DNA from: Pelagomonas calceolata
Taxonomy: Eukaryota
Reading direction: 5' to 3'
Assembly: GCA_918797485.1 (NCBI GenBank)
Contig: CAKKNE010000002.1
Coordinates: forward strand, 4,774,001-4,838,000
DNA length: 64,000 bases
Made by a program: the position numbers and the translations under genes. Under the pieces are notes generated by a model. The model worked only from the letters and a program-made list of their open reading frames with translations. It was not told the DNA's origin and did no database searches. Positions 60,245 to 64,000 of the stretch are shown here, piece by piece; positions within the stretch are counted from its first letter, which is position 1; every line of letters begins with the position of its first letter.

Positions 60245-63200
60245 CTAAGGACCTCGAGTCGCCGATTTTGGCCGGAGCTTGGTGGCCGATTTCGGCCGGC
60301 TAGTAGTACGGGAGCGGCGCTTCTTCCTCAATCGCGATTGCATGGGCGACTTGGGCTCTTCGCGCGCCTTCGCCCCGACTTCGAGTCCGTGATCGTCTGC
60401 AACGACGCGCAGGAACGCCTCGAGGTGCACGTCCTCGCCGCGCGCCCCCTCGAGCATAAGGTGCAGTTTGGCCTCTTGCGCGTCTTCCAATTCATAATCG
60501 CCGAGCACGTCCGCGTCGGCGGACACGAGGCTCCCGAACCAGCAGCAAACAGCCTGGGCGCCCCGTGCCCGGTCCGCCCGCGCACCGTGATCAGTTCCCG
60601 TGCGCTTCGTGAACCACGAGCTTCTAAGGACCGCTGACTGGACGGCAAGGGCAGCAGAAAGTTCCTTCTGCCGCGTCACGCGCTCGTCGTGCGTATCCCG
60701 CGCGATCGCGTCTGCAACGACGGAGAACTCGTCGAACAGGTCGTCGACGCCGTCCGTCGAGCAGTGGGCCGCCGCGAGCAGTTCCCGGAAGGCCTCCAAA
60801 TCGACGGCGCCGTGAGTCGCCGCCGCGTCGCGCTGCGCGAAGATCGCGGCCCACCTCTTCCGGCTCTCGGCGCGCCGCCTCCTTCTTATCACCTTCCGGC
60901 GCCAGTGCGTCTGCAGTAAACAGGCCGCGTCCCGCCGCGCCCGGGCCTCGCCCGCGAGGGCGCGGTCGCGCCGGCCCCACGCCACGCACGCGAGGAGCGC
61001 CGCGTCGCAGTCGGCCCTGGCGGGGTCCGCGTCACCTGCGTGGAAATCAAACTTCACGGCACTCCCTTCATTGAATCTGTTTGATGGCGTGACCTGACTC
61101 CCACGCCGCGCGCGACTGGCCGGGTCGCCGCCCCGCTCGACGGTCCCGAGCGCCTCCAGCGCCGCGACGGCCTGAGTTAGTAGGTCCGCGTCCAGATGCG
61201 TGAGGATCGCGTCCCTCGCCGCGTCGATCAGCAGCGGCAGGTCGAAGCGATTGCGCCCGAGCAGCGCCTTGCGCAGCTCGGCCGGCGCCTGGCGCGCCGC
61301 GTCGGTACCGCTCGACTGCGCGTGCACGAGACCGACGTACCGCCTCACGACTAAATTCAAACACTTCAAATCTGCTGCCTCGAGCGCCTCGGGGTCTCGC
61401 TCCGGAGCATGACTTCGACCGTCGCCCGGCGTCAACCCCAGCAGCACCGCGAACATCTCAAGCCGCGCGTGCCGCGACCGCGCGGTCGCGTCGCGGCACG
61501 TCGCGACGACCGCGCGCAGCTTCTTCACGGCTAGGTTCCGCATGCCGAAGCGCCGCACGCAGGCCGTCATCGCGAGCGTGCGGAAGGGCTTGGCTGCGGC
61601 CGCCGCCGCGACGAGCGACGCGACAAGCGCGTCGCCGCGCGCGCGCGCCTCGTGGACCGCCGCGGTCACCTGTGTGGAAATCAAAATTTCACGGCGCCTT
61701 CGTCGCGTCGACCTCCACGCCGTCGATGCGACGCCTGCTCGATGGCGGAGCACCCGACGCACTGGTTGATTTCCACACAGGCGGTCACGTCCGCTCTTAA
61801 TGCTTCTTCAAGTAATGCGGGGATGAGCTGCAGGGCCTGCTGGATGGGCATACCTCGCACTGCGTGTTTCCCGTGCCCGCGTCCGTGGTGGTGCGCTAGG
61901 CCGAGCTCGTGGTGCTCGCGCGCCCGCCGCGCGCGCGCCTGCTTGTGGAGCCTCCTTCTCCTCTTCTCGTGCGCGTCGAGCGAATGTCGTTTCCTGTGTG
62001 GAAATCAAAATTTTACGGCGCGTTCGTGCTGAATCGCCGCGTCGTCCTCCACGCCATCGACGCGACGCCTGCTCGATGGCGTGGCGATGCCGGTTCCTCG
62101 CCGCTCGACCGAGCCAGGACAGCCGCGTCATCGCCGAGAAATGACTTAGTGAAGAATTGTCGGGTGCACCCGACACACTGGTTGATTTCCACACAGGTCG
62201 TTTCCGGCGCCTCTGTCCGAACCCGTCCTCGTCGTCCTCCTCCTCTGAGTCGTCTCCTCCTCGCAAGAGCGTCTGCGTCTCCTTGTCCGCAACGTCGGGA
62301 ACCATCCTCAGCAACCACTGCGCGTCCGTTTCTCCATGTAGAGGCGCCGCAAGCGCGACCCTCCGCCGCCATTGCTCGTCCGACTCGCCCTCGGCCGGCA
62401 GCCAGCAGACGTAGCCGCCTTTGCGGAGACGCTCCTGGTACTGGTCATCAGTCTCGTCGTCGAGCCGCGGCGGCGGCGGGCCCCAGCCCCGGACGATGTC
62501 GACCACGTCGTCCGGCGACGCCACTGCTACTACCTCGCCGTCTCCGTCGAACTGCGACGCTAGCGTGTCCAGGAACCCCCCTTCCTCTTGCTTGGGCGAC
62601 GGCAATTCCTCGATCTTCTCGCTCACGATGTCCCCGAACGACACGTTAAAGTCCTCCTCGACCATCTCGGCCTGTGAGGAAATCAAGTTCAAGCGCCCTT
62701 CAATATGGGGTCTCTCGTGGTCTGCGCGAGATGCTGCTCGCTCTACGCGGTCGAGTGTATCCCTCGGAGGTCGTGTCCGAGTTTGGGCCGAAACCAGGGC
62801 CGCGGTGCCGAGATAGCGAGACGCGAATAATTGATAACCTGACTCACTGGTTGATTTCCACACAGATCTCAGCCATCGCCGCGTCCGTCGCGACCGCGTC
62901 GACGCCCGTCTCATACCCCAAGGTGAAGTTCTCCTTCCCCGTGCGCATCGGTTCCTGTTCCACCGTCGCCCAGGCGAGCTCGACCCTATCTTGTCCAACA
63001 GCACCCTGCAGCGCGTCCTTCAACACCGCGGCGCAGGCCTGGCGTCTTCTGGCATTCTTGATGGCTACCAGTAGCCAGGCTCTCATGTAAAGCTTGAGGC
63101 GGAGCCTTCTCACAACTTTCGCGTGGCGCACGTGCAACCGCCACGCCCTCAACGCCCGGTTCTTCGCCACCTGATCATATTTCCGTCGCCACCGCTCGAC

Positions 63201-63836
63201 GACCTCCCTATTTCGGGACGCCGTCGCCTTGCACGCGACTAATCGCGCTTTGAGTTGAGAAGCCACATCGAACCAAGGCGTCGCTCGCCCCAGCGTCGCC
63301 CGCGTGACGCCTCTGCTTAATTCCGGGGCAATTATGTGATCATAATCGGCAAAGACGCATCGTAGCTGCGTCTCCGTGAGCAACCTCGTGAAATTCCCGA
63401 AGCGTCGGTACAGCGTCGTGAGCTTCAGCAATAAATCTCCCGAGACGGCCGCCATGACGGCGTGCGGCTTGGCGTCGCCGTCCAACATGAGGGCCTCGCG
63501 TAACCGTAACTCGCCGTAGATCGCCAGGGACCGCGCGCCGCCCGACTCGTTATGTAAGGACGTGTGCCACGACTTGAGCTCCGCGTGGCTCAGCGTCGAA
63601 TCGGGGACATAGAACGGCGCCGTCTCGAAGGTGATGTGCGACATGTCGTCGTCCATCGATTCGAGCGACGGCGTGCGGCCTCGATGTAGCGCGTGCTCGG
63701 GCGACGTCATGCCGTGATGCGCGGTCGTACCGTAGGCTTCCAGGGATTTCAGTGATGGCGGGCCGCGCCGCCGTCGATACTTCTTCCGCTGTCCGGGGCT
63801 CGCGGGACTCGTGACGGAGAAGTTGTCCGTGAACAT
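60245..63836 (-). CDS. IQ-motif / EF-hand-like protein; exons 63836-62874, 62671-62205, 61993-61789, 61669-61117, 61035-60245
   Basis: Removing four introner introns gives one frame that matches the paralog; IQ-like AACLLQTHWRRK followed by EF-like helices. Confidence 0.72.
61036..61116 (-). mobile_element. Degenerate introner intron (81 nt, in frame)
   Basis: GTCGCGCG + CGGCGTGGGAGTCAG ... TTGATTTCCACGCAG|GTGACGCG. Confidence 0.65.
61670..61780. mobile_element. Introner element, perfect 15-bp TIRs, 8-bp TSD GCGGTCAC
   Basis: CTGTGTGGAAATCAA...TTGATTTCCACACAG; TSD at 61662-61669 and 61781-61788; empty site in paralog near 56179. Confidence 0.92.
61994..62196. mobile_element. Introner element (203 bp), perfect TIRs, 8-bp TSD GTCGTTTC
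   Basis: TSD at 61986-61993 and 62197-62204; absent from paralog near 56390. Confidence 0.92.
62672..62865. mobile_element. Introner element (194 bp), near-perfect TIRs, TSD ATCTC(G/A)GC
   Basis: CTGTGAGGAAATCAA...TTGATTTCCACACAG; TSD at 62664-62671 and 62866-62873; gives a GC-AG intron. Confidence 0.88.
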
Positions 63837-64000
63837 GGTGGCCTGCCTGGTCTGCGGCTCTGACGGTCTGCTGGTCCTGCTTGTCTGCTGGTACTACAGC
63901 TGTGCTCGTGGCTCGTGTGGCTCCTTGGGCCTTGTGCCCTGGCTTCTGCGATCGCGTGCGTGCGTCGAGCAGTCCCTGGGCTCGTCTCAAGGACTTTTTG

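Noticed and set aside
332..63990. Numerous antisense and alternate-frame ORFs rich in Arg/Ala/Ser
   Set aside because: Expected shadow ORFs in high-GC coding DNA; no recognisable motifs.

Overview
GC-rich, gene-dense eukaryotic nuclear DNA, most likely from a pelagophyte alga (Pelagomonas/Aureococcus-like; inferred from GC content, mostly intronless compact genes and introner-type introns). About 30 protein-coding genes are supported. They include a methyltransferase-gluconokinase fusion, an ABCG transporter, p47/UBX, QCR6 (spliced, missed by the ORF track), a Tudor-DOT1-like methyltransferase, PurU, NOP58, a USP, PP2C, an INPP5E-like phosphatase, KAP3, a ferredoxin-domain protein, a giant Sfi1-like repeat protein, TPR-DnaJ, a TOG/HEAT protein, CDC50, MYND-RING-TPR, Tubby, a lipase and SOUL. 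Main observations: (1) a family of intron-generating mini-transposons (15-bp TIR CTGTGTGGAAATCAA, 8-bp TSD) at several stages of decay. One gene carries four, with GT, GC and apparently GA donors taken from the TSD, and a neighbouring partial paralog keeps the empty sites. (2) An AT-rich ~154-bp-period array with box C/D-like ends next to NOP58, a candidate ncRNA cluster. (3) Several unusual domain architectures and a concentration of cilium/basal-body genes. All calls were made by eye; no searches were run.
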